32,000 bases of DNA. It comes from Nanobdella aerobiophila (GTDB lineage Archaea; Nanobdellota; Nanobdellia; Nanobdellales; Nanobdellaceae). The notes beneath the pieces were generated by a model that was given only the letters and a program-made list of their open reading frames with translations, had not been told where the DNA came from and searched no databases. The position numbers and the translations under genes were made by a program. The stretch is from positions 240,001 through 272,000 of the forward strand of contig NZ_AP019769.1 in assembly GCF_023169545.1 (NCBI RefSeq). Direction: 5' to 3'. Below are positions 19,039-27,026 of this stretch, piece after piece (the first letter of the stretch is position 1; every line of letters starts with the position of its first letter).

Positions 19039-20165
19039 AAAATATAAATATATTATTATTCTTTAGAATATTTAGAAGTTTTATTGCAGGCTATATATCA
19101 ATATTTTTATCTTTGTATTTATATAATATATTAAGATTATCTTTAATAAATATAGGAATTTTATTTGGTATAGGCGCGTTATCGCAATCAATATTATCTT
19201 TATTTGTAGGATATCTAGCTGATAAATATAATAAAAAAATTATATTATTTTATATATCATTATTATTTCCTATATCATTAATTATATTATTATTGTCGAA
19301 TAATATATATTTAATTGCTATTTCTTTTATTCTAGGAGGTTTTGGAACTGTAGGAACATTATCTGGTGGTGGAATAGGTGCAGTTGTTACTCCAATAATA
19401 AATTCTTTAATAACTAGTTATATTAGAGATAATAGAGAAATTATATATACAAAATTTATTATAATTTCTGGTATTGCAGGTTCTTTAGGTGCTCTGTTGT
19501 TATACATGAATTATAAAATTGTATTATTATTAGGAATAATAATATTAACTATTTCTTCTTTTATATTATTAAAATTAGATAGACCTAATGATATAAAAAT
19601 ACAAAAAGCGAATAATAGAGAAATAAGTAAATTAATAATAATATCAGGATTTTTTAATGGTGCCTCTGCAGGAATTATATTAAATTTTATTCCAATATTA
19701 TTCAATCATTACTTATTATTTAATAAAGCTCAAATAAGTAATATATATACAATAACTGGCTTATTATCTATTATATCATTATATATTATTGAGAAATATT
19801 TAAAATGGAATATATTTAATAAAATAGTATTCTTTAGAATTGTTTCTTCTAGCTTTTTATTATTATTTTTAATTTCTATATTTTTCTTTCATTTATTATC
19901 CATACTATTTTTCGTATTATATACACTATTTAGGGTAGCTTCAATACCATCACAGCAAGAAATTATATCAGAAAATATAAACAATAAAGTAACAGAAGTA
20001 TTTGGAGCAAATCAATCTACAAGAATTTTAGGTTCATTTATATTTCAATCAATTGGAGGATATTTATTATCTTTATCTATAGTAATACCTTTTTTGATAT
20101 CATATGTATTTTTAATGTCTAGTGCGATGATATATTATAAAATTAAAAAGGATAATAAAAATTAA
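19035..20165 (+). CDS. MFS-like polytopic membrane transporter
   Basis: 376 aa with about 10-12 TM. It has the motif GYLADKYNKK after TM2 and overlaps lig by 4 nt. Confidence 0.6.
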   Translation: MKNINILLFFRIFRSFIAGYISIFLSLYLYNILRLSLINIGILFGIGALSQSILSLFVGYLADKYNKKIILFYISLLFPISLIILLLSNNIYLIAISFILGGFGTVGTLSGGGIGAVVTPIINSLITSYIRDNREIIYTKFIIISGIAGSLGALLLYMNYKIVLLLGIIILTISSFILLKLDRPNDIKIQKANNREISKLIIISGFFNGASAGIILNFIPILFNHYLLFNKAQISNIYTITGLLSIISLYIIEKYLKWNIFNKIVFFRIVSSSFLLLFLISIFFFHLLSILFFVLYTLFRVASIPSQQEIISENINNKVTEVFGANQSTRILGSFIFQSIGGYLLSLSIVIPFLISYVFLMSSAMIYYKIKKDNKN

Positions 20166-20416
20166 TATATTATATATGAAAGATCTTTAAAAAATAAAAG
20201 ATAAGATTTCTTGAAAAAATAAAAGAAAGTTATTATGAAGGATAATATAATTTTTCAATGTTTTTTATTTAATAATTTTTCTAATTGATATTAAAATATT
20301 GTTTATTTAAGAAGGATACTAGAAAGTTTTTAATATTTATCTATTAAATAAAAAAGATTTTCTAAACTTTAAAAATTATATTTAGAAAAAAATCACCTAA
20401 AAATTATACAAGAAAT

Positions 20417-21967
20417 TTAAGAAATAGAAATAGAAGGCATAACTCCATTTGGTGGATATGCCATAACTAAAGCATAATTGAAATAGATAGTTTGACCTGT
20501 TGCTCCTAGATCACCAGTAGGTAAACCAAAATAAAACTCGCTACTACCACTCAAAGTATTTACGTTCACAGATAAAGACATTATATTTTGGTTGTTAGTC
20601 GCATTATATAAATATCCATAAACTGTAGATGAAGATAAACCAGGATACACGAATTCTGCAATATATGATCCGTTCTCTATGCTAACATTAGAACTATAAC
20701 CGCACATATATCCGCTACCATTCCAGAATATTATGCCGGGGTTTGGTGGACCCGAACATGGTCCTGCATCATCAGCATCAGTTCCTACCCCCATACCATA
20801 CTCTAAACTAGATGCTATTGATGTATTTACAAGTCCTGCCCAAGACATAGTGTTGTCTGGAGGATTAACAGTTTCTATAAATGATTCAGCAACATATCCC
20901 CCCGGAGGTATTCCTTTATAATATGTCATTGCACTATCAAGTGCCTGAGTTACTAATTCTAGAGTTGATATATTTTCACCATTATATAAGATAGATACAT
21001 TAGAGCTTAATGAGTTTCCTGGTCCCAAGGTAAAATCACTTGTAGGCGTATTTCCATTAAAGTATAGATCAAATACGTCATTACCATTATCATACTCTCC
21101 GTATGTAGAAGATAGTTGAGGAGCTTCACCTACATATGGATAATCTTGTTGATAATAATTAGTACTAGTACTTCCTATTCCCATATAAATTGTAATATTA
21201 CTATTTGCAGGAATTCCATTTGGTAAATTTACCCACCAGACATCACAGAGAACATTACTTATACTTTCTTGTCCTTCATACCATGAATATATATTCGGAG
21301 AACTACCAGAAGTTGTAGTAAAATATGCATTTTGTCCATTGGAATTTATACCTCCGTATAGTATTGGGTTATCTACATATGCAAAATTATTACCTACACT
21401 AGGATTACCATTACATATAGCTATATCTTGTTGGAAAGGTGTTGGAGTACTTATATTTTGAGTATTATATATTGTTATAGGTAAAGGGTTAGTAAAGTAT
21501 CCTACAAGATATCCATTACCTAGATTATTATTATTTCCCACTCCTTGATAATCTAAGGTAATTTGTGGATTATTATTATTTGAAGGATTATATATACATA
21601 AAGAATTATTTATATAACATGTATCTGTACTACCTTGTAATATAGTATTGTTATTATTACATATAATATTATTACCATTTATACTAACAATATTATTATT
21701 TCCATTATTAATAGTTAGTACAGTATTATTATTTATTACTATAGGTACATTACCATTATTATATATATCTATATATAATATATTATTTGAACAATAAGAA
21801 TTAGTAATAGAGAAAGATATATATTGTGATTGTCTACTTACCTGATTACTAGTAGAAGAAGTTAATCCAGAAAATAATCCGGATAAGAATGCATAAGTTA
21901 ATCCTGCAATAGCTACAGTAATAACAATAATTAATATAGTAGCTATAATAGGTGATATAGATCTCAT
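20417..21967 (-). CDS. Surface protein with archaeal type IV pilin-like N-terminus (class III signal peptide) and DUF2341/concanavalin-like ectodomain
   Basis: MRSISPIIATILIIVITVAIAGLTYAFLSG matches the archaeal Pilin_N (DUF1628) helix. NPLPITIYN...FQQDIAI...YFTTTSG...YSWYE...VWWVNLPNGIPANSNITIYMGIG fits the DUF2341 pattern. I prefer the start at 21967, because the 14 upstream codons of the tracked ORF (to 22009) hold a TTTATATA box about 25 nt upstream. Confidence 0.7.
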   Translation of the reverse strand: MRSISPIIATILIIVITVAIAGLTYAFLSGLFSGLTSSTSNQVSRQSQYISFSITNSYCSNNILYIDIYNNGNVPIVINNNTVLTINNGNNNIVSINGNNIICNNNNTILQGSTDTCYINNSLCIYNPSNNNNPQITLDYQGVGNNNNLGNGYLVGYFTNPLPITIYNTQNISTPTPFQQDIAICNGNPSVGNNFAYVDNPILYGGINSNGQNAYFTTTSGSSPNIYSWYEGQESISNVLCDVWWVNLPNGIPANSNITIYMGIGSTSTNYYQQDYPYVGEAPQLSSTYGEYDNGNDVFDLYFNGNTPTSDFTLGPGNSLSSNVSILYNGENISTLELVTQALDSAMTYYKGIPPGGYVAESFIETVNPPDNTMSWAGLVNTSIASSLEYGMGVGTDADDAGPCSGPPNPGIIFWNGSGYMCGYSSNVSIENGSYIAEFVYPGLSSSTVYGYLYNATNNQNIMSLSVNVNTLSGSSEFYFGLPTGDLGATGQTIYFNYALVMAYPPNGVMPSISIS

Positions 21968-22064
21968 AATATAGATATGTTTTAGTAATATATAAACTTT
22001 AATATACATTCGAAATAAAATTAAAAATTGGTTATGAAAAATCTATTATTGAAGTAAATACGAC

Positions 22065-22138
22065 TGGGGTGGGTGGGACTTGAACCCACGACCTCCCGGT
22101 CTTCAGCCGGACGCTCTCCCGGTCTGAGCTACCACCCC
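22065..22138 (-). tRNA. tRNA-Phe (anticodon GAA)
   Basis: The reverse complement folds as GGGGTGG-TA-GCTC-AGACCGGGA-GAGC-G-TCCGG-CTGAAGA-CCGGG-AGGTC-GTGGG-TTCAAGT-CCCAC-CCACCCC-A. All stems are perfect. Confidence 0.92.
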
Positions 22139-22154
22139 GACAAATATTTTATAT

Positions 22155-22952
22155 CTAAATAAGATTTTTAATACTTTTTAATATTTCTTTTAGAAAATCT
22201 TTACGATCCTCTATTGTAGATCTAGCTTTGAGAACTATAAGACCATTATAATATAATTTTGGCTTTATAACTAAATAATTATTATCTCTTTCTACTGAAA
22301 ATTTAATTATATAGTTTTTGTATTGAGTACTATATTTTGATATCTTATTATATAGATTTTTTTGTTCTGGTATTTTTATAAATATATTAGAAATGTCGTA
22401 TGTACATAAAAAATAATCGTTAGACACCTCCTTAATGCATAACTCTTCTAGTTTATTATTACTAAATATTTTATCAATGTATTTTATAGTTTTATTGATT
22501 TGAACTTTTTCTTTGCGTTCTATAGATATATTTCCTAAATTGTATTCAATAGGCTCTATCTCTTTTAGTATGCTATCCAGTTCTTCACTTTTATCTATTA
22601 TGGAAAAATTGTATTTATGTGGTCTAAAAATTCTATTATTATAATATTCGATTAGTAAACTATTGTTCCAAAATTCTATTATTACTTTTGTATAAGACTC
22701 ATTAATAGCATAATCTTCATTTATCTTATATAATTGATATCTATTTTTTTCAATAGTTTCCTTAATGTCCTTTGAAGATTTATAACTAAATTCTATATTA
22801 TATACTAGCATCGGAATTATTGTATTCTTTTCTTCTTCTTGATTAATATATTTAATAGTTCCATATTCACTTATATAGGACCTTAAGATCTCTTTAATAT
22901 CCTTTTCAGATCTTATAATAATGTTGTTAACTACTATCTGATTATAATACAT
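22155..22952 (-). CDS. Hypothetical protein (no recognisable motif)
   Basis: 265-aa ORF with K/E/N/I-rich but non-repetitive composition. There is no competing ORF on the other strand. It lies 16 nt from tRNA-Phe and is divergent from the XPD gene across a 35-bp spacer. Confidence 0.6.
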   Translation of the reverse strand: MYYNQIVVNNIIIRSEKDIKEILRSYISEYGTIKYINQEEEKNTIIPMLVYNIEFSYKSSKDIKETIEKNRYQLYKINEDYAINESYTKVIIEFWNNSLLIEYYNNRIFRPHKYNFSIIDKSEELDSILKEIEPIEYNLGNISIERKEKVQINKTIKYIDKIFSNNKLEELCIKEVSNDYFLCTYDISNIFIKIPEQKNLYNKISKYSTQYKNYIIKFSVERDNNYLVIKPKLYYNGLIVLKARSTIEDRKDFLKEILKSIKNLI

Positions 22953-22987
22953 AAACTAATATTTTTTATAAATATTAATAAAATATA

Positions 22988-24799
22988 ATGCTTCAAGATT
23001 ATTATCCTATATTAAATAATAGACCATATCAGATAGATGTAATAGAAAAAATAATCAAAGATATTGCAGATAATAAAAGATATATATTAGTTGATTCTCC
23101 AACAGGTTCTGGAAAAACTTTAATATCTTTAATAGTAGCAGATTTATTATCAAAAAAAGATAAGATTACTCATATAGGTGTTAGAACTACAGAAGAAATA
23201 AAAAGATTTTTAGAAGATTCAGAAAAATTGAATATATATTTAAAGATATTTCCAAATAAAAAAAAGACATGTCCATTATTTATAAACTCAAATTTATCTG
23301 GAGAAGAAATAATATGTTCAGATTGTATATATAAGAAAGCTTTATATGAAACAGATATATTATATGATCTATTAAAAAGATATAATTATGATTTTAAAAA
23401 ATTAACAAAGATGGAAGCTATTAAGATAGATAAAAAAGATTTTCCCAAATGCATATATCAGTCATTTAAAAAAATAGATTCAAATATTTATATATCTACT
23501 TATCCATATATATTTAATCAATATCTAAATGAAATACTATCTCTAGATGGAGATCCAGATTTTTTAATTATGGATGAAGCTCATAATTTATTAACTACTA
23601 TATTAAATCCATATTCATTATCTATAAAAAGATATATAGAAAAAAGTTTTAAGATAAGAGGGGAGCAAAATTTATTATTTCAAGATCTTATAAAAGAATT
23701 TGAAATGATAAAAGAATCATTAAATATTTCAGATGAAGATTATTATAATTTAAGAGATAACTTGGTTCAATTTTCAGATCAGTTTTTAAGTTATATTGAA
23801 AATATATTTATTAAAAAATTTAATACGGAAGATATAAATATTATTAAAAGTAGAATAAATAGCAATATTAAAGAAATATATATTGATAAAAAAGATTTAA
23901 ATGAAATATTCGATTTAAATAGGTATTTATTTGATAATTTATCATTTTATTGGGAGACATATAAAAGATATATATCAAAAAATAATTTACAATTACCAAA
24001 GAAAAAATGGAACATAAATAAATTTATAAAATTATATACATATTTATCAGATAAAAATATATTTTGGATAATGAATTCTTTTAAATTAGAAGGATATATA
24101 ACAAAATTTGAAGAGATTATAAAATCATTTGATAATTATAAGTCAATTATATTAATGTCTGGAAGTAATTTTTCTAAAGATAATTTTTCTAAATTATATA
24201 AAGTTGATCCTAATATTATTGATTATATAAAGGTTAATGTAAATTTTGGTAAAAAAGAATATGATCTTATATATAATTTCTCATCTAGATTCTCTTTAAG
24301 AAATGATAAGAGAAATATAGAGAACCTAATATCAGATATAAAGTTAATATCAGAGAATTTTGATAAATATCAATTATATATGTTTCCTTCTTATAGTTTT
24401 ATGTTAAATATATATAATAAATTAGATATAAAAGATATTATATTCTTAGATGATGGTGAAAAATCATTAAATAAAATTTTGAAAACAGATAAAAAGATAG
24501 TATTTACATACTCAAGATCTAGATATATTGAAGGTATACAATTAGTTAAAAATAATCGATCATTATTGAAAGTAATCGTTATTGTAGGAAAACCATATCC
24601 TCCACCACCAAATGCTTCAATACTAATAAATAAAATAATAAAAGATAATAATATAGATTATAGAGACCTTTCTGAAATATTAAAAGATATAAATATAAAA
24701 CAGGTAATAGGTAGAGCAATAAGATATCCAGAAGATACTGTTAAAATATTTTTTATAGATGATAGATATAGAAAAATGGAAATGAAGAGGTATATCTGA
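22988..24799 (+). CDS. xpd: XPD/Rad3 (DinG family) Fe-S DNA helicase
   Basis: RPYQ, Walker A DSPTGSGKT, and four Cys between motifs Ia and II (TCPLF, ICSDC, PKCIY) as in the XPD 4Fe-4S domain. DEAH box MDEAHNL and motif VI QVIGRAIRYPED. Confidence 0.8.
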   Translation: MLQDYYPILNNRPYQIDVIEKIIKDIADNKRYILVDSPTGSGKTLISLIVADLLSKKDKITHIGVRTTEEIKRFLEDSEKLNIYLKIFPNKKKTCPLFINSNLSGEEIICSDCIYKKALYETDILYDLLKRYNYDFKKLTKMEAIKIDKKDFPKCIYQSFKKIDSNIYISTYPYIFNQYLNEILSLDGDPDFLIMDEAHNLLTTILNPYSLSIKRYIEKSFKIRGEQNLLFQDLIKEFEMIKESLNISDEDYYNLRDNLVQFSDQFLSYIENIFIKKFNTEDINIIKSRINSNIKEIYIDKKDLNEIFDLNRYLFDNLSFYWETYKRYISKNNLQLPKKKWNINKFIKLYTYLSDKNIFWIMNSFKLEGYITKFEEIIKSFDNYKSIILMSGSNFSKDNFSKLYKVDPNIIDYIKVNVNFGKKEYDLIYNFSSRFSLRNDKRNIENLISDIKLISENFDKYQLYMFPSYSFMLNIYNKLDIKDIIFLDDGEKSLNKILKTDKKIVFTYSRSRYIEGIQLVKNNRSLLKVIVIVGKPYPPPPNASILINKIIKDNNIDYRDLSEILKDINIKQVIGRAIRYPEDTVKIFFIDDRYRKMEMKRYI

Positions 24800-24802
24800 T
24801 TT

Positions 24803-24851
24803 GGTTATTATCAGTAACCAATTTTATAAATAATTTATAAATTTGTTTCTT
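24803..24851. repeat. Direct repeat copy 1 (43 bp perfect core at 24803-24845; 49 bp with 1 mismatch)
   Basis: GGTTATTATCAGTAACCAATTTTATAAATAATTTATAAATTTG is identical to 25790-25832. It contains the hairpin GGTTA-N7-TAACC, two TTTATAAAT units 11 bp apart, and the palindrome AATTTATAAATT. Confidence 0.95.
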
Positions 24852-25461
24852 TATTGGAACCATTCTTATTGATTTCTTCAATATCTATATTATAGTTATG
24901 TATTTTTTTATATCCATATAATACTGATTTTTCATCAATATGCAAATTAATTTGATATCTTTTACAAAAATCTATTAGATATCTAATAAATTTATCTGAA
25001 TTTTCTAGCGGTATTCTAATTATCAATGGTTTATAAGAAATTATACTACCATTGAACTCTTCTAATATACCTTTTTTATTTCTATCCTTTCTTCCATTTA
25101 AATAATAATAAAATATTTTTCTTTTACTATTATTTGCTTTAATTTCAATTGTCAATTCTTTTTTACTTTTATATTCAAATATATTGTATAATCTTTTATT
25201 TAATTTTACAGAATATCCATCTGATAAAATTTCGAAAAATATAGGACCAAGAGAATATAAATTATCTAACTTTACAGATGTAACATGATATCTTTTTACT
25301 AATTCCTCATATATCTTTTTATCAAATTCTTTAAATATTATTAATATGTCTATATCACTTGGATTCTCTTTTCCTCTAGTAATGGATCCGAATATAATTA
25401 TATCGAATATTTTATTATTTAAATATTCTTTTAATTCTTTATATATATCTTCTAACTTCAT
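24835..25461 (-). CDS. Nucleotidyltransferase (MNT/Pol-beta superfamily, antitoxin-type) with an uncharacterised C-terminal extension of about 110 aa
   Basis: FGSITRGKENPSDIDILIIF is the G-S-x(n)-D-x-D minimal NTase motif. It overlaps the HEPN gene by 23 nt, and its last 5 codons lie inside repeat copy 1. Confidence 0.8.
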   Translation of the reverse strand: MKLEDIYKELKEYLNNKIFDIIIFGSITRGKENPSDIDILIIFKEFDKKIYEELVKRYHVTSVKLDNLYSLGPIFFEILSDGYSVKLNKRLYNIFEYKSKKELTIEIKANNSKRKIFYYYLNGRKDRNKKGILEEFNGSIISYKPLIIRIPLENSDKFIRYLIDFCKRYQINLHIDEKSVLYGYKKIHNYNIDIEEINKNGSNKETNL

Positions 25462-25759
25462 CTGAATATTCTTTTAATAGTTTTGCTTCTTCATCCGATA
25501 ATTTATTATAATACGTTTTTCTATATATTTCAAATATAACCTCATATATATCTAGTAGTCTTTTTATTATATTATCTTCTTTTAAACTTTTTAATACATC
25601 AAATCTTTCATTATGATTTTTTATCCTTATATTATATCTTTTTAAGTATATATCTATCATTAAGAATATTGCAGTTGCGTAGTCTCTTACTGCAGCAGTG
25701 TATCTTTTTTTATTAAAGTTATCATTACCAGATTCTATAAACTCCTCAAATACTTCCAT
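25439..25759 (-). CDS. HEPN domain protein (toxin-type partner of the MNT)
   Basis: 106 aa, all-helical. KKRYTAAVRDYATAIFLMIDIYLKRYNIRIKNHNERFDVLKSL ... YRKTYYNKLSDEEAKLL follows the PF05168-type HEPN pattern. It lies immediately upstream of the NTase gene and is translationally coupled to it. Confidence 0.7.
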   Translation of the reverse strand: MEVFEEFIESGNDNFNKKRYTAAVRDYATAIFLMIDIYLKRYNIRIKNHNERFDVLKSLKEDNIIKRLLDIYEVIFEIYRKTYYNKLSDEEAKLLKEYSDEVRRYI

Positions 25760-25789
25760 TAAAATATTATTAATTATCTCTATTATAAA

Positions 25790-25838
25790 GGTTATTATCA
25801 GTAACCAATTTTATAAATAATTTATAAATTTGGTTCTT
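25790..25838. repeat. Direct repeat copy 2
   Basis: Identical 43-mer at 25790-25832, followed by one mismatch (G vs T) and then TTCTT. It lies 30 nt upstream of the HEPN start and 9 nt beyond the permease stop. Confidence 0.95.
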
Positions 25839-25847
25839 ATATGTAAA

Positions 25848-27026
25848 CTATTCATATCTCAATGCAATCATTGGATCTATTCTTGATGCTTTTATCGCGG
25901 GTATTGTTCCAGATAATATTCCGATAAAGAAGGGGAATAATAAAGAAAATATAATTAATTGAATAGAAATATATGGTTGTAATGCTGTAAAACCCATAGA
26001 TTTAAATATAAATCCAGCAATATTTGACATAATATATCCAAATATTATACCAAATATACCGCCGATTAATCCAATTATTCCAGACTCTAATAAAAATAAA
26101 AATAATACTTCGTTGTTATCCATGCCTAGAGCTTTTAATAAACCAATTTCTTTATATCTCTCTAACACAGATGTGTACATGGTATTTAAAATATTTATTG
26201 CAGATATTAATAAAGATACAGATGCAATTATTAAAGAAAAGATTGTCAATCCACCAACTATACTATTTATTTCACTTTCTAATGATTTTGCAGTTATTAT
26301 TACATAACTTTGTCCTTTTAAACTATTAATATAATCATTTATAGCTATATATGCCAAATTATAATTATATACTATTATCATTAAATAATTATAATTTATA
26401 TTACCAAATATTTTTTTATAATAACCTTCTGGAAATATTATCTCATTATTAAATCCACCACCTGTTTCTTGAAATATACCAATTACCTCACATCTTTGAT
26501 TAAATATATTTATATAATCTCCTACATTTATCTGATCATTTGGATTATTATTACCTTTATATATATTATAACCTATATCTACTTGACATTGATCATTATT
26601 ATTTATTAATGAACCCTGATATATCTGGTATCCATCATACTTTAAATAATTTATGTATTTTGTGTTTATTACATATACAGTTGCTACTCCATAATTATTA
26701 TTATAATATATTTCTGTGGATATAAGATATTCAGGTATAGCAATCTGTACACCCGGTAATCTTTGTATATTTTCTAAAAAAGTATTTGATATAAATCCAT
26801 TTATTGAAGATGAAAAACCTTTACTAACTCCCGGATATATAAATATTACCTTATCACCTAAAGTACTTAATTGATTGGAAATATAATTTTGTAATCCCTG
26901 GGATAAAGATACTAATACAAATATTGTTGCTACACCTATAGTAATACCAATGGAAGTTAATAGTGTCCTTAATTTCTTTTTTGATAAATATTTATATATA
27001 AATAAAAAATAATCATCTATTTTCAT
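25848..27026 (-). CDS. ABC transporter permease, MacB/FtsX family
   Basis: N-terminal TM (LRTLLTSIGITIGVATIFVLVS), a large extracytoplasmic domain, and a C-terminal FtsX module (EIGLLKALGMDNNEVLFLFLLESGIIGLIGG). Confidence 0.85.
   Translation of the reverse strand: MKIDDYFLFIYKYLSKKKLRTLLTSIGITIGVATIFVLVSLSQGLQNYISNQLSTLGDKVIFIYPGVSKGFSSSINGFISNTFLENIQRLPGVQIAIPEYLISTEIYYNNNYGVATVYVINTKYINYLKYDGYQIYQGSLINNNDQCQVDIGYNIYKGNNNPNDQINVGDYINIFNQRCEVIGIFQETGGGFNNEIIFPEGYYKKIFGNINYNYLMIIVYNYNLAYIAINDYINSLKGQSYVIITAKSLESEINSIVGGLTIFSLIIASVSLLISAINILNTMYTSVLERYKEIGLLKALGMDNNEVLFLFLLESGIIGLIGGIFGIIFGYIMSNIAGFIFKSMGFTALQPYISIQLIIFSLLFPFFIGILSGTIPAIKASRIDPMIALRYE

Noticed and set aside
20733-20921. A 62-aa plus-strand ORF (MPGFGGPEHGPASSASVPTP...) lies in the GC-richer part of the pilin-like gene.
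   Set aside because: It is fully nested antisense within a 517-aa ORF with recognisable pilin-N and DUF2341-like motifs. Its G/P/S-rich sequence is simply the complement of the G/P/S/T-rich coding strand.
21968-22009. Longer N-terminal extensions appear in the tracked ORFs: the pilin-like gene starting at 22009, and the histone starting at 10584.
   Set aside because: The extra codons (MYIKVYILLKHIYI, and MDYKKKNKKSFINIKIIYRF for the histone) are AT-rich low complexity and contain TATA-like boxes about 20-30 nt upstream of internal ATGs that begin canonical family N-termini (MRSISPII..., MARGERGIP...). The internal starts are therefore preferred, although this is not proven.
20166-22138. Possible integrated element at the 3' side of tRNA-Phe, covering the pilin-like gene with atypical composition and a 251-bp spacer.
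   Set aside because: I could not find a second copy of the tRNA-Phe 3' segment (TGGGGTGGGTGGGACTTGAACC or part of it) at the distal boundary, and there is no integrase. The composition anomaly is reported separately, but an att-bounded island is not supported.
3689-24799. Apparent clustering of DNA replication and repair genes (radA, nfi fusion, nth, histone, pcn, DUF1998 helicase, lig, xpd), considered as a dedicated repair island.
   Set aside because: The genes sit on both strands and are interleaved with ribosomal, transporter and surface-protein genes. In a reduced genome dominated by information-processing genes, this density is expected by chance and does not indicate a functional system.
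24803-24819. The repeat hairpin GGTTA-TTATCAG-TAACC considered as an integron attC-like recombination site.
   Set aside because: The sequence does not fit the bacterial attC core consensus (GTTRRRY / RYYYAAC): GTTATTA has only one purine at the three R positions. There is no IntI-like gene in the window, and only one cassette is present. The idea is kept as a vague possibility within the insertion finding.
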